In this document: piece by piece, positions 16,382 to 24,830 of the stretch | Layout: the number at the start of each line of letters is the position of its first letter | How positions within the stretch are numbered: position 1 is the stretch's first letter | DNA from: a virus | Lineage: Duplodnaviria > Caudoviricetes | IMG/VR virus record: IMGVR_UViG_3300020045_006388 | Location: 1 to 30,201 of that record | Length of the DNA stretch: 30,201 bases | Direction: 5' to 3' (one strand) | Position numbers and translations under genes: made by a program | Notes under the pieces: generated by a model | The model's input: only the letters and a program-made list of their open reading frames with translations | Told to the model about the DNA's origin: nothing | Databases searched by the model: none

Positions 16382-16628
16382 TGATATCATGGCCCCTTGC
16401 GAAGCCTTTGAACTTCTCGAAGGCCCTCACACCGAACGCAGCCGTTGCTGCAGCGATGTATGCAGCGGCGGCAGTCAGGTCTGGCACTTCCCAATTGACC
16501 AGCGGGATCAGGATGAGGTTCACGATAGCGCCGCCAGCGATGCCTACGCAGGTCACTGGACGCCAAGTTTTGCTAACAAAACAGATCGCGGTATCAACAG
16601 TTCGAGTGATGGTTTCTTTCATACTCAT
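16374..16628 (-). CDS. Holin (GTA 3TM-holin-like)
   Basis: WRP motif, two hydrophobic segments, G.R.FEK.KG basic tail; in the lysis region. Confidence 0.75.
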   Translation of the reverse strand: MSMKETITRTVDTAICFVSKTWRPVTCVGIAGGAIVNLILIPLVNWEVPDLTAAAAYIAAATAAFGVRAFEKFKGFARGHDING

Positions 16629-16642
16629 ATCCGCACCAAACC

Positions 16643-16709
16643 TTGCGAGTAATGGTTGATTGCGGTATAAGAAGCGGGCCGAGAAGCTGCGACAACAGCA
16701 ACCCGGCCC
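16643..16709 (+). promoter_or_regulatory. Promoter and leader hairpin of the HNH gene
   Basis: TTGCGA-17-TATAAG; GGGCCG/CGGCCC outer stem with GCTG/CAGC inner stem. Confidence 0.55.
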
Positions 16710-16735
16710 TGACCACCACGCGAAAGGACCGCGCT

Positions 16736-17254
16736 ATGGATGACAACGAATACACCGCAGAAGAATGGCGGGCAATTCCCGATATTGTTAATTACGAGGC
16801 TTCCAGCTTCGGGCGAATTAAGCGGACCACCGCCAGAACTAGAGGTAAAGTCGGCATCGTTAAGTTGATCATGCGCAGTGATGGGCGATGGGTTGTCAAC
16901 ATTTGTGATGGGCCTGGACGGAGGTGGCAGATGGGCGTTCATCGCCTTGTGTGCGCAGCGTTCAATGGGCCATCGCCAGAGGATAAGCAACTTTGCTGCC
17001 ACAAGGACGGCGATCTGAAAAACAACCGTGCTGACAATCTTTATTGGGGCGATCAGGTGGAAAACATGGCGGACGCGCTCCGTCATGGGACATTCCCCTG
17101 CGGTGCGCGCAATCCCAATTCCAAACTTTCTGATAGCGATGTGTTGGCGATGCGGTCTGATCAAAGGACGCATTACGCCCTCGCTAAAGTGTATAACGTT
17201 AACCAATCGACGATTAGAGCTGCTCGCATCGGGAAGTGTTGGCGTCACATTTAG
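16736..17254 (+). CDS. NUMOD4-HNH homing endonuclease with C-terminal HTH
   Basis: EEWRAIP...YEASSFGRIKR; VHRLV..AF.G...HKDGD..NNRADNL.W....EN; AAGGA RBS; antisense to neighbours. Confidence 0.9.
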   Translation: MDDNEYTAEEWRAIPDIVNYEASSFGRIKRTTARTRGKVGIVKLIMRSDGRWVVNICDGPGRRWQMGVHRLVCAAFNGPSPEDKQLCCHKDGDLKNNRADNLYWGDQVENMADALRHGTFPCGARNPNSKLSDSDVLAMRSDQRTHYALAKVYNVNQSTIRAARIGKCWRHI

Positions 17255-17257
17255 TGG

Positions 17258-17311
17258 CTTGCTGACAAGGCAAAGGGCCGCTTCTTGCCACTTTAGGATT
17301 ACCTGCTTCAT
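17258..17311 (-). pseudogene. Relic 5' end of a holin gene
   Basis: MKQVILKWQEAALCLVSK aligns with holin MKETITRTVDTAICFVSK; ATGA-coupled to the endolysin. Confidence 0.65.
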
Positions 17312-17757
17312 GCGACCAAGCCCGGAATGTAAACAGTCTTGCCGCCGCGCTTCTTTGCGCTCAGTTCCTGATTGCGCATCCGTGGTCCATGGCTGCAATG
17401 CACCCAGCCGCCTTCACCGAACTCATATATGATTTGGTCATATGCCAAATTCTGCATGATATATTGACATACCGCCAGATTAGAGACGCCAGGCACCACA
17501 AAGTCCACCGCCTCACCCAAGCAATGCTGCGAACTGGCAGCGCCACCGACAGCGGTATTCACGCGGGGGGAGCGGTATCCAGAGAATACGCGAACTGGCT
17601 TTCCGTAGTGCGCCCTGACAGGTTCCAGCACCTTTTCGCATAGTGTCGTCATGGCTTTAATCACGTTGGATGGCGCTACGTTCGGAATGCCCTTGCGGAC
17701 AGCGGTGTTTGAGTGGGTCATTTCAGCTAGCGTGAAATGCTCGGTTAGTTGGGTCAC
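17308..17757 (-). CDS. Endolysin, peptidase M15A family
   Basis: HFTL.E...S, SGYRS...N..VGGA..SQH..GEAVD, WVH. Confidence 0.88.
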   Translation of the reverse strand: MTQLTEHFTLAEMTHSNTAVRKGIPNVAPSNVIKAMTTLCEKVLEPVRAHYGKPVRVFSGYRSPRVNTAVGGAASSQHCLGEAVDFVVPGVSNLAVCQYIMQNLAYDQIIYEFGEGGWVHCSHGPRMRNQELSAKKRGGKTVYIPGLVA

Positions 17758-17948
17758 TAGTCTTTCTCCACCCTTCGGCCTATCGTTTCTGCCAGCGCGC
17801 GGTGGATGGTCTGCAGCCGCTGTTCACGGGCGAAGGCTTCCTTGCGCAAGGCCAGCATCACATCGGCAGCTTCGCCATAGCCATCGGCGCGCAACAGCCG
17901 CATCATGTCATCAGACTTGGCTTGCAGGGCGATAAAGTCATTCGTCAT
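17757..17948 (-). CDS. Small hypothetical protein
   Basis: MTNDFIALQAK...; abuts the endolysin start. Confidence 0.5.
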   Translation of the reverse strand: MTNDFIALQAKSDDMMRLLRADGYGEAADVMLALRKEAFAREQRLQTIHRALAETIGRRVEKD

Positions 17949-18074
17949 CTTGGATGCATTCAAAGCTGGGGAGGAGGCCCGCAATGTCGGCAGCGTATAG
18001 ACGCGCAATCTCATATGACATGAGCACCTCGGGGTCGTAATCGGCATTGATGCCTAACCAGTGGTAAGGAAGTG

Positions 18075-19217
18075 TCATGCGACCTCCGATAGCATTTCAG
18101 GGCTTATCATAACACGCCCCACTTGTCCAAATCTCTTGTGATAGGTCACTGCCTGCGCAGCCCGGTCGGCAATCCACCCGCCGCGCGCAGCGTAAGCATC
18201 CCTTGCTGCAAGGGTTGGATGCTGTATAACAGTCACCCCGTTGTATTCCTTTTCGTCCCTGTGGTGGCGGTGGCCGCAGTGGATCTCACGCTTCTTTGTC
18301 CGCCCCCACTCTTGCGGGAATTGCGCGGCGAACAGCAGCGGCAGGCTTTCGTTCTTGACCTTGTGGCCGTGGTGAACGCCAAGCATCACATCACCCCATT
18401 CAAAGACGTAGAACGGCAATTGGCTATCGTTCACAGTTAGGCGCGGTTCGTTTTCGTAGATCACCGTGAATGCATCAACTAGCCACCCGGCGCTTTCCTC
18501 ATCGTGATTGCCCTCGGCAATGATAAGGTGAACGTCTTGATGTGCAGCCAGCGCCCAAGTCACCATGTTGCGGATCAAGCGTATCGCTGCCTGCCGCAAT
18601 TTGGGAAAGCGCGTGTCTGCATCGAGAACATGCTTGCTGGTGGGTGTCAGTGGCAGCTTGCCATCAGTGTGGAGGAAGTCGCCTTGCACATTGATGATTG
18701 CCATTGATGCATTGGGGCTTTGCTCGATCATTGCGCCCATGGCAGCGGCCAGTATCCGCTCGGCAATGTCCAAGTCCCAATCCTGCCCACCCTCACGATG
18801 CCATGCGAGGCATCCGAGGTGGTAATCGGTAAAAGTATAGAGGTTGCATAGATCGCCCATAACGGCCTGTGGAGCACTTACAGGGTCAACGCGGGGTAAC
18901 GTGGCCCGCAAGGCTTCCAGCGCGTCCCTGCGCGCCTCTGCGGCCCGTTCCTGATCGATTGACGACTTGACCCATTGCGCCCGCATGGTGCCGTCGGCAT
19001 CGTATAGGGTGGAAGTGCCTTTGACGTAGTGGCCTTCTGGCACCCGCTGTTCAATGTCGGCAAATTCGGGGAAGGCAATGCGCGCCTGCCTGACCCTGTT
19101 TTCAAGCGTTGCCCGGTGTATTCCGCTTTCCCTAGCGGCGGCTGATAATGTGCCGTGTTCCTTAAGTAGCGCCAAGGCCTCGCGCATTTGTTCTTCAGTC
19201 AGGCCGGGATTTGACAT
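18075..19217 (-). CDS. HTH-containing calcineurin-like metallophosphoesterase
   Basis: N-terminal HTH (AAARESGIHRATL); DYHLG, GDFLH, GNHD, HHGH, GHRH. Confidence 0.8.
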   Translation of the reverse strand: MSNPGLTEEQMREALALLKEHGTLSAAARESGIHRATLENRVRQARIAFPEFADIEQRVPEGHYVKGTSTLYDADGTMRAQWVKSSIDQERAAEARRDALEALRATLPRVDPVSAPQAVMGDLCNLYTFTDYHLGCLAWHREGGQDWDLDIAERILAAAMGAMIEQSPNASMAIINVQGDFLHTDGKLPLTPTSKHVLDADTRFPKLRQAAIRLIRNMVTWALAAHQDVHLIIAEGNHDEESAGWLVDAFTVIYENEPRLTVNDSQLPFYVFEWGDVMLGVHHGHKVKNESLPLLFAAQFPQEWGRTKKREIHCGHRHHRDEKEYNGVTVIQHPTLAARDAYAARGGWIADRAAQAVTYHKRFGQVGRVMISPEMLSEVA

Positions 19218-19243
19218 TGGACCTCCCCTGTAGGTTTACTGTC

Positions 19244-19504
19244 TCAATCCTCCACATCTAGCGCACAAGGCGGTGTAATGTCTAGCCTATCCTGTATTTG
19301 ATCCATTTGCCGCACTGCACAGACCATAAAGTCACTGCGGCCATCCAGGCGCAAATCAGCTTCCGCAACCTTGCCTTCCAGTATGGCTAGGCGCGTCTCA
19401 GTCGTTGTCTGACCTGTCACGAAACCCCCATAGATCGCGAAGGCGCTCGCCAGGATCGCCCAAGCGTGGTTTTTCAGCCATGTCTCGATTGTCGCCCGAG
19501 CCAC
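19244..19504 (-). CDS. Single-TM protein with coiled coil, possibly lysis-related
   Basis: N-terminal TM AWAILASAFAIYGGFV. Confidence 0.6.
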   Translation of the reverse strand: MARATIETWLKNHAWAILASAFAIYGGFVTGQTTTETRLAILEGKVAEADLRLDGRSDFMVCAVRQMDQIQDRLDITPPCALDVED

Positions 19505-19914
19505 TACTGAACACGCCCCGCAACAGGCAGCGAACGGCGACTAGGGCCAAAGCGACTACTACAATATCCCCAAGTGTCATACAGCCCCCAAGCCGCTAGA
19601 ATAACCCATTGCGCCCAGCCTAATCCTGCCAAGCCCGAAAGCATCAATTCCTGTTGGTGCCCCTCGGAAATGAGAAAGCCCAATTCAAAGAATACCATAC
19701 CTACAAACAGCAGGCCTATCAATCTCTGTGCAATGCCTAAGGGCTGGCGTAGGATTACCGCAGCCGCCACAATATCAATCGCCACGAAGGCCGCGATAAA
19801 CGGCGCAAACAGGGCTGCGAGGGACGCTCCGAAAAGCGCCCCCCACGTCCGCAACTTTGCCCCGCCAAGCATCATTGGCAGCAGGCAGATCATGGCGATT
19901 TTCCAGTCAGTCAC
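19504..19914 (-). CDS. Multi-pass membrane protein
   Basis: About 4 hydrophobic segments; GTG start at 19914 preferred to 20010. Confidence 0.65.
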   Translation of the reverse strand: MTDWKIAMICLLPMMLGGAKLRTWGALFGASLAALFAPFIAAFVAIDIVAAAVILRQPLGIAQRLIGLLFVGMVFFELGFLISEGHQQELMLSGLAGLGWAQWVILAAWGLYDTWGYCSSRFGPSRRSLPVAGRVQ

Positions 19915-20005
19915 CTTGACGCTTTCCCGGTGTTGGCTCGGTTGGTTCCGGGGTTGGTGATGGCGTTGGGGTTGGTTCAAGCGGCGGGGGATCAGGTGGG
20001 CACAT
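19907..20005 (-). CDS. 32-aa Pro/Thr-rich peptide
   Basis: MCPPDPPPLEPTPTPSPTPEPTEPTPGKRQGD; AAGGAG 8 nt upstream; overlaps the next start. Confidence 0.55.
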   Translation of the reverse strand: MCPPDPPPLEPTPTPSPTPEPTEPTPGKRQGD

Positions 20006-20017
20006 TGCATTCACTCC

Positions 20018-20473
20018 TTAGAAAATGACGGTACTATTCCAGACGACAACACCGCCTAAAATAGTGATGTTAATCCACTGGAACAGGCGCACGGCATCGC
20101 GGTTTCCGCTGTCGCGCAAGTGATCGAGCATCAGTTCGTAAAACACCGCTTGCGCAACCTTGCCCACGACAACCCGTTCAATGTGCTGGCCATAGATCGG
20201 GTTGGCTTCCTCGCAGTTTTCGGCCACTTCCAAGCAATAGGCCGTGGTGGCAAGGTCGCCAGCGTTGAGAACGTGGAAGGCAATCCGCCGCTGCTCAACA
20301 CCCCGATTGTAAGCCTGCCATTCGGTAGCTTCGCGGGGGTCATTGCTATAGGTCGTTTCGCTAGTCTGATAAACAGGCTGTTCAATGACAACAGGCGTTT
20401 CCAGCGATGCCAGATCGAAGTCAGCGGGGATGGGTTGCGCCGCGACAGCAGCGGCGGCGAGGATGCTAAGCAT
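20018..20473 (-). CDS. Envelope protein (DUF5658-like)
   Basis: Signal-like N-terminus; D.ATT..CL.....EANP; hydrophobic C-terminus. Confidence 0.6.
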   Translation of the reverse strand: MLSILAAAAVAAQPIPADFDLASLETPVVIEQPVYQTSETTYSNDPREATEWQAYNRGVEQRRIAFHVLNAGDLATTAYCLEVAENCEEANPIYGQHIERVVVGKVAQAVFYELMLDHLRDSGNRDAVRLFQWINITILGGVVVWNSTVIF

Positions 20474-20703
20474 TAGGTCACATCCACATCGACAATGGCT
20501 GCCTGTGCTTTGGCGCGCTCGTCAATCTTGTGGCGGCGCACAACGTCACGCAGCGATGCTTTGCAGCAAGCCTCAAACCATGCCCATGCCTCTGCTTTAG
20601 TCGGCGTCGGGTTAAGTTCCGTGGCAGCGCTCGCCTTCAAAGCGGCCACAATGTCTGCCTCGTTGGCGTCGGCAAAGTTAAGGGTCAGGTTCTTGGTGGC
20701 CAT
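20473..20703 (-). CDS. Hypothetical tail-associated protein
   Basis: TAATG-coupled in the late operon. Confidence 0.6.
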   Translation of the reverse strand: MATKNLTLNFADANEADIVAALKASAATELNPTPTKAEAWAWFEACCKASLRDVVRRHKIDERAKAQAAIVDVDVT

Positions 20704-20900
20704 TAGCTAATCTCCACTTCTTCGGTTGGTTCATTCGCCGCCGCTTGCAGCTTGTAAAACAGCGGGACTGCGACAAGTGCGGCTTGCAGGCCGCTGGCCT
20801 TCACGGCTGCGTCAAACAGCGTGACTATCTGCTGGCCTTCTTCTTCGGTTAGGGTGACTTGCATTGTTTGCTCCACTGGTATTGTTGCTATGTGTCTCAT
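20703..20900 (-). CDS. Small tail-associated protein, possibly a fiber chaperone
   Basis: L.....Q.IV.LFD.AVK.SGL pattern; follows the fiber gene. Confidence 0.55.
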   Translation of the reverse strand: MRHIATIPVEQTMQVTLTEEEGQQIVTLFDAAVKASGLQAALVAVPLFYKLQAAANEPTEEVEIS

Positions 20901-21676
20901 GGCTCGATGGCGATTTGCTGGGCAGCGCCAGACGGGAAAATAATATACGCAGCAGTCTTTCCGCCGTTGTCTGCAAAGTATAGACGCCCCTTATTAGCCG
21001 CAGGCGCGGACGGTGCGGTCATTTCGTCAAATTCCATAAAGTTTGAAGACACGGCCACACCTGCGGTCGTCGATTGCAGCAGTAGGGGGCGACCAGCAGT
21101 GCTGCCAACTCTATAAGAGCCGCCAACATTATTGACTTCGATATACTTTGTCCCACAGATGGAAAGTTCAAGCGTCTTTGTGCCGCCACTAGAACCGGCT
21201 GCCGGATCAATCACAATCTTGTTATCGTATGCAGTGCTTACGGGGGAACCGATGGTCATTTGTCGGTTAGTTCCGGTTCCTGCCGCTTTATTGTAGAGAT
21301 AAAGCACGTTGGACGACCACAACGTCTCAAACCGCTCATAGTTACTCGCGTCGGTGTAAGTATTATACACGTTAAACGCCTGCGCGGCGGTGCTGTTGCG
21401 GAGGGCTAGTGTGTTGGCGGCGTCTCTGTTTAGCTTAACATCGGTCGAAAGCTGGACCGCGCCGGACGACCCAGCCTGCACCGTTCCAGTCAGGGTCAGG
21501 CTGGTGCCTGTTGCAGCGCCAATCTCTGGCGTCACCAGCGTCGGCGCATTAGACGTGAACGTCTTGATCTGCGTTGCAGTGACCTTGACGTTCGCCAGCG
21601 ACTGCACACCCGGAATTTCCTCGGTCCCGCCAAGGGCTGAAGCGGCAGTGAGCGCGCTGATTTTAGTATCGGCCAT
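20897..21676 (-). CDS. Tail fiber/receptor-binding-like protein
   Basis: MADTKISALTAAS N-terminus, PTLVTPEIGAATGTSL; rich in G/S/T/N. Confidence 0.65.
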   Translation of the reverse strand: MADTKISALTAASALGGTEEIPGVQSLANVKVTATQIKTFTSNAPTLVTPEIGAATGTSLTLTGTVQAGSSGAVQLSTDVKLNRDAANTLALRNSTAAQAFNVYNTYTDASNYERFETLWSSNVLYLYNKAAGTGTNRQMTIGSPVSTAYDNKIVIDPAAGSSGGTKTLELSICGTKYIEVNNVGGSYRVGSTAGRPLLLQSTTAGVAVSSNFMEFDEMTAPSAPAANKGRLYFADNGGKTAAYIIFPSGAAQQIAIEP

Positions 21677-21677
21677 T

Positions 21678-21836
21678 TTATGCTATCTCCAACAAAATAT
21701 AATCGCCGCTTTCAAGCAGTACATCGCCGCTGTCGTCCTCTAGCGCAAAGCGGAATGTTTCAGCAACACTGCCACCCATCCCAGGAATAGGCCATACCGC
21801 CAAACCAATTGGATAAACCGCATTTAGGCTAATCAT
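21678..21836 (-). CDS. 52-aa protein with LLE motif
   Basis: Not in ORF track. MISLNAVYPIG...FALEDDSGDVLLESGDYILLEIA; ATGA-coupled. Confidence 0.55.
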   Translation of the reverse strand: MISLNAVYPIGLAVWPIPGMGGSVAETFRFALEDDSGDVLLESGDYILLEIA

Positions 21837-22120
21837 GGCGCATCGCAGGCGATAACCTCGCCAGCCACAATATAGCGGTATTCCTTTTCTTCAATTGCCC
21901 ATGGCTCACCGCCTGATGCATTGGCAAGGCTTGTTCCAATACGAATGGTGCAAGCACTAGTCGCTTTTATCCTGTAAATACCAGTCGATGCAACAGCACT
22001 AGATACCGCACCATTGGCAACGGAAATAGCATCGCCAGACTGAGCGCCAGGTGCTTCCACAGTATCATAGTTATTCTGGCGCGGGAGCATATTGCCGTAA
22101 TATGTGGCCTTAATTGCCAT
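21833..22120 (-). CDS. Putative virion structural protein
   Basis: AAGGA RBS; beta-rich; late operon. Confidence 0.6.
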   Translation of the reverse strand: MAIKATYYGNMLPRQNNYDTVEAPGAQSGDAISVANGAVSSAVASTGIYRIKATSACTIRIGTSLANASGGEPWAIEEKEYRYIVAGEVIACDAP

Positions 22121-22131
22121 AGTAAATTCCT

Positions 22132-24828
22132 TTAGTAACGAAATGGTGAGACTGGATAGACTTCTTCTTCCGGCTGCGTGAATGCAAGCGGTAATGACGC
22201 ACTGCCGATAATGCCGGATCGACGCGCGATTTGATCGCCAAGCCAGCGACTAGTTGCGTTGCGGTTGGTAAGTGCGCCAGTCATAGCGCGTTGCCCAATG
22301 CGTGACCCGCCAGCGGCAAGCGCCAACAGACCAGCCAGAGGGATGCCCGCACCTTCAGCCGCGCCGCCAATCTCGCCGCCCTCATCAGCGCCGCCATAGC
22401 CAGCGCCCGCGCCGCCTAGAATAGACAAGCCAAGCAAGCCTTGCGCGGCCCTGTCGGCGGTCGCGCTATTGGGGATGGTTTGCGGCAACACCTGTTGCGC
22501 AGCGTCGGCCAATTCCGCGAATGGACGCGGGCCGGGATACCGCGTAGCCGTTTGGTGGCCCGCTGTCTGTAGCTGGAACGGGGTAAACCCGCCAATCTCG
22601 CCGGTCGCTACCCCACTTCTGCCAGCGCGTACCGCATTAGCCAAAGTCTCAATATTGCGGTTAGCCGTATTCGCTGCGGACAGGTCCGTCACAAGGCCAG
22701 GATCACCAGTCCGGTCAACCTGCCGGGTCAACCCACCCTCGATGTCAGACAGCGCGTTACGGTAGTATTCTTCAAACCCACCTATGCTAGTCGGGCGGTC
22801 CTTATTGCGAGCCATGCGTAGTGAGCGAATTAGCTGCTGATACATTGGGCCGCTAAAGCCCTGCTGTCCCGCTACGGGGCCAAGCCGAGCCTCAGCCACA
22901 CGCTGCGTTGCCAGGCGCACATCTTCAGGGACGTTGGGCATTCTCAGCGCGTCATTTACATCACCTCGGAAGGTGTTATCAATCGGCACATCAGGATAAC
23001 GAGAAAGCGCGCTATAGGCATTATTCCTGCCCACCCGCAATTGCTCCAATCCCTGCTCACCAGCGGCTGTCGGCACAGTGCGGATAGGTGCGCCCGCCTC
23101 GCGCATGGCATCCATGTTAAATGCGTCCAGCCCCTCTGCGCGGCGGTTGCGGATAACATCGCCCGCGATGGGTAAACTCATAGCCCGCTGTTCAATGCGG
23201 TCAGCAGCACCGCCGATAGTCTGGCCCACAGTCAAGGGAATACCCCGGTCACGCAAGGTCTGGACAGCTTGGCTGGGCACAAGGCCGCGAATAGCGCCCC
23301 CGACAGTATTAGCCGCACCTTGGCCGATGGTGCTGCCTACCGCACCTTCAAGCGCGCCGGTTAACGGATCGCCCTCGCTAAAGCCGCCATACATCGCGCC
23401 GTATGTGGCATCGGTTGCTAGATTGCGCCCGAATTGCGCACCTCGCGCAGTGCCTTCCAGAAGCGTTCGGCCAAGGTTGGGGGCGGCGCGGCCTACGGTC
23501 TGACCGACAAGCCCGCGCCCGAGTGCGGCAATTCCGCTAGTGGCACCGATTGAACCTAGCATTTCCCCGCCCAGCGATGCGTTGGGGTAATCATTGCGCA
23601 AAGCCGCCAACTCATTCCCGACAAGCAATTCTGGGATATACGCGCCGCCAGCGTTCAGCCCCGATACAACAGCAGCGCCCACGGGGTTATCAACCATACG
23701 CGACTGCGCCTGCTCGTTATCGGTTTGCTCACGCTGCGGAGGCGGGAGTGTCGTTTCCAAGCGCCCACCGTTGCCGCTCTGGAACATACTTTCCATATAG
23801 CGGCCATAGGGGATATAGTCAGAGCGCGGGCGAGCGGGCGCACCATATCGCTGATCTAGGTCAGCGCGAAAATTGGCATAGTCGTCCGCCGTAGCCGTCG
23901 GCCCTTGCGTCCTGACCCACATCCGGTGCTCAAACTGCATCCCTTCCGGTATCGTCTCGCTCGCCATGCCACCCGCACCGCTCACGCTCATTTGCGATGG
24001 GCCGTCATCAATAACCGGATTGCGGAACTGCGAGCGGTCTAGTGCACTAGGCGTATCGCTACTAGCTGGGGCTGACCAAACATTCTGCTCAGCCCATGCG
24101 TCGGCGCGGCGGTCTGGCATACTTGGGTTGTAACTCTGTGTGTTGTAGCCCTCTGCGCGCAGCACCGCCAATGCCGCATTGCGCATATTGGAAATGCGAA
24201 GCTGATTACCGACATCGCGAGAATTAGGATCGGGCAATAGCGCGCGATACGCAGCGGCATCGCGGTCGCTACTAGCGCCTTCGCCCGGAACGCGCATGAA
24301 CCGCTTAACCAGAGGTAGCGCGGCATCATTCTGCGCCGCAAGGCTAGAGATTGCCTCGCTCTGATTTAGCCCGCCATAGGTGTATTCCTGTAGAGATAAA
24401 ACACCATTATTTTCAAAGTCGCGATTATAGATGCCCTGTATTCCGCCCTCACCATCAATCACGCGCAGCAATTCCAGCGCCCCAGTTGCGTTGCTGGATA
24501 CCGCGTTTTGACGTTCGCGCGGGGCTGGTCCTGCCTCTGCATTTTGCGCTGCTAGACGTGCGTCTGCCTCCATGCGGTCAGCGGTTGCCCGCTCTTGCCG
24601 AATACGCGCGTCAATCGTGGCCTGATCCACCTGTGCACCAGCACCAGCGCTGGCCGCTTCTGAATTGCGCTGGCCAATCTGTGATGGGATTGTAGCGCCA
24701 TCAACCTGCGATTGTGGATTGCGCCCGCCTACAGGCTCCGGGTCTGAATAGCCCACCGCCGTGCGAGTACCATCACTATTCCGCTGCCATACAACGCCAT
24801 TTTCGACGTAGGTATTAGATTGGGACAT
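22132..24828 (-). CDS. Large DNA ejection (internal virion) protein
   Basis: 898 aa, Gly/Ala-rich helices, GIPLTVGQ motif; third of three ejection-type genes. Confidence 0.65.
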   Translation of the reverse strand: MSQSNTYVENGVVWQRNSDGTRTAVGYSDPEPVGGRNPQSQVDGATIPSQIGQRNSEAASAGAGAQVDQATIDARIRQERATADRMEADARLAAQNAEAGPAPRERQNAVSSNATGALELLRVIDGEGGIQGIYNRDFENNGVLSLQEYTYGGLNQSEAISSLAAQNDAALPLVKRFMRVPGEGASSDRDAAAYRALLPDPNSRDVGNQLRISNMRNAALAVLRAEGYNTQSYNPSMPDRRADAWAEQNVWSAPASSDTPSALDRSQFRNPVIDDGPSQMSVSGAGGMASETIPEGMQFEHRMWVRTQGPTATADDYANFRADLDQRYGAPARPRSDYIPYGRYMESMFQSGNGGRLETTLPPPQREQTDNEQAQSRMVDNPVGAAVVSGLNAGGAYIPELLVGNELAALRNDYPNASLGGEMLGSIGATSGIAALGRGLVGQTVGRAAPNLGRTLLEGTARGAQFGRNLATDATYGAMYGGFSEGDPLTGALEGAVGSTIGQGAANTVGGAIRGLVPSQAVQTLRDRGIPLTVGQTIGGAADRIEQRAMSLPIAGDVIRNRRAEGLDAFNMDAMREAGAPIRTVPTAAGEQGLEQLRVGRNNAYSALSRYPDVPIDNTFRGDVNDALRMPNVPEDVRLATQRVAEARLGPVAGQQGFSGPMYQQLIRSLRMARNKDRPTSIGGFEEYYRNALSDIEGGLTRQVDRTGDPGLVTDLSAANTANRNIETLANAVRAGRSGVATGEIGGFTPFQLQTAGHQTATRYPGPRPFAELADAAQQVLPQTIPNSATADRAAQGLLGLSILGGAGAGYGGADEGGEIGGAAEGAGIPLAGLLALAAGGSRIGQRAMTGALTNRNATSRWLGDQIARRSGIIGSASLPLAFTQPEEEVYPVSPFRY

Positions 24829-24830
24829 TT

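Noticed and set aside
16629-17257. Group I intron carrying the HNH within the holin
   Set aside because: The HNH is antisense to the host gene, almost no non-coding space is left for a ribozyme core, and the downstream holin is already complete.
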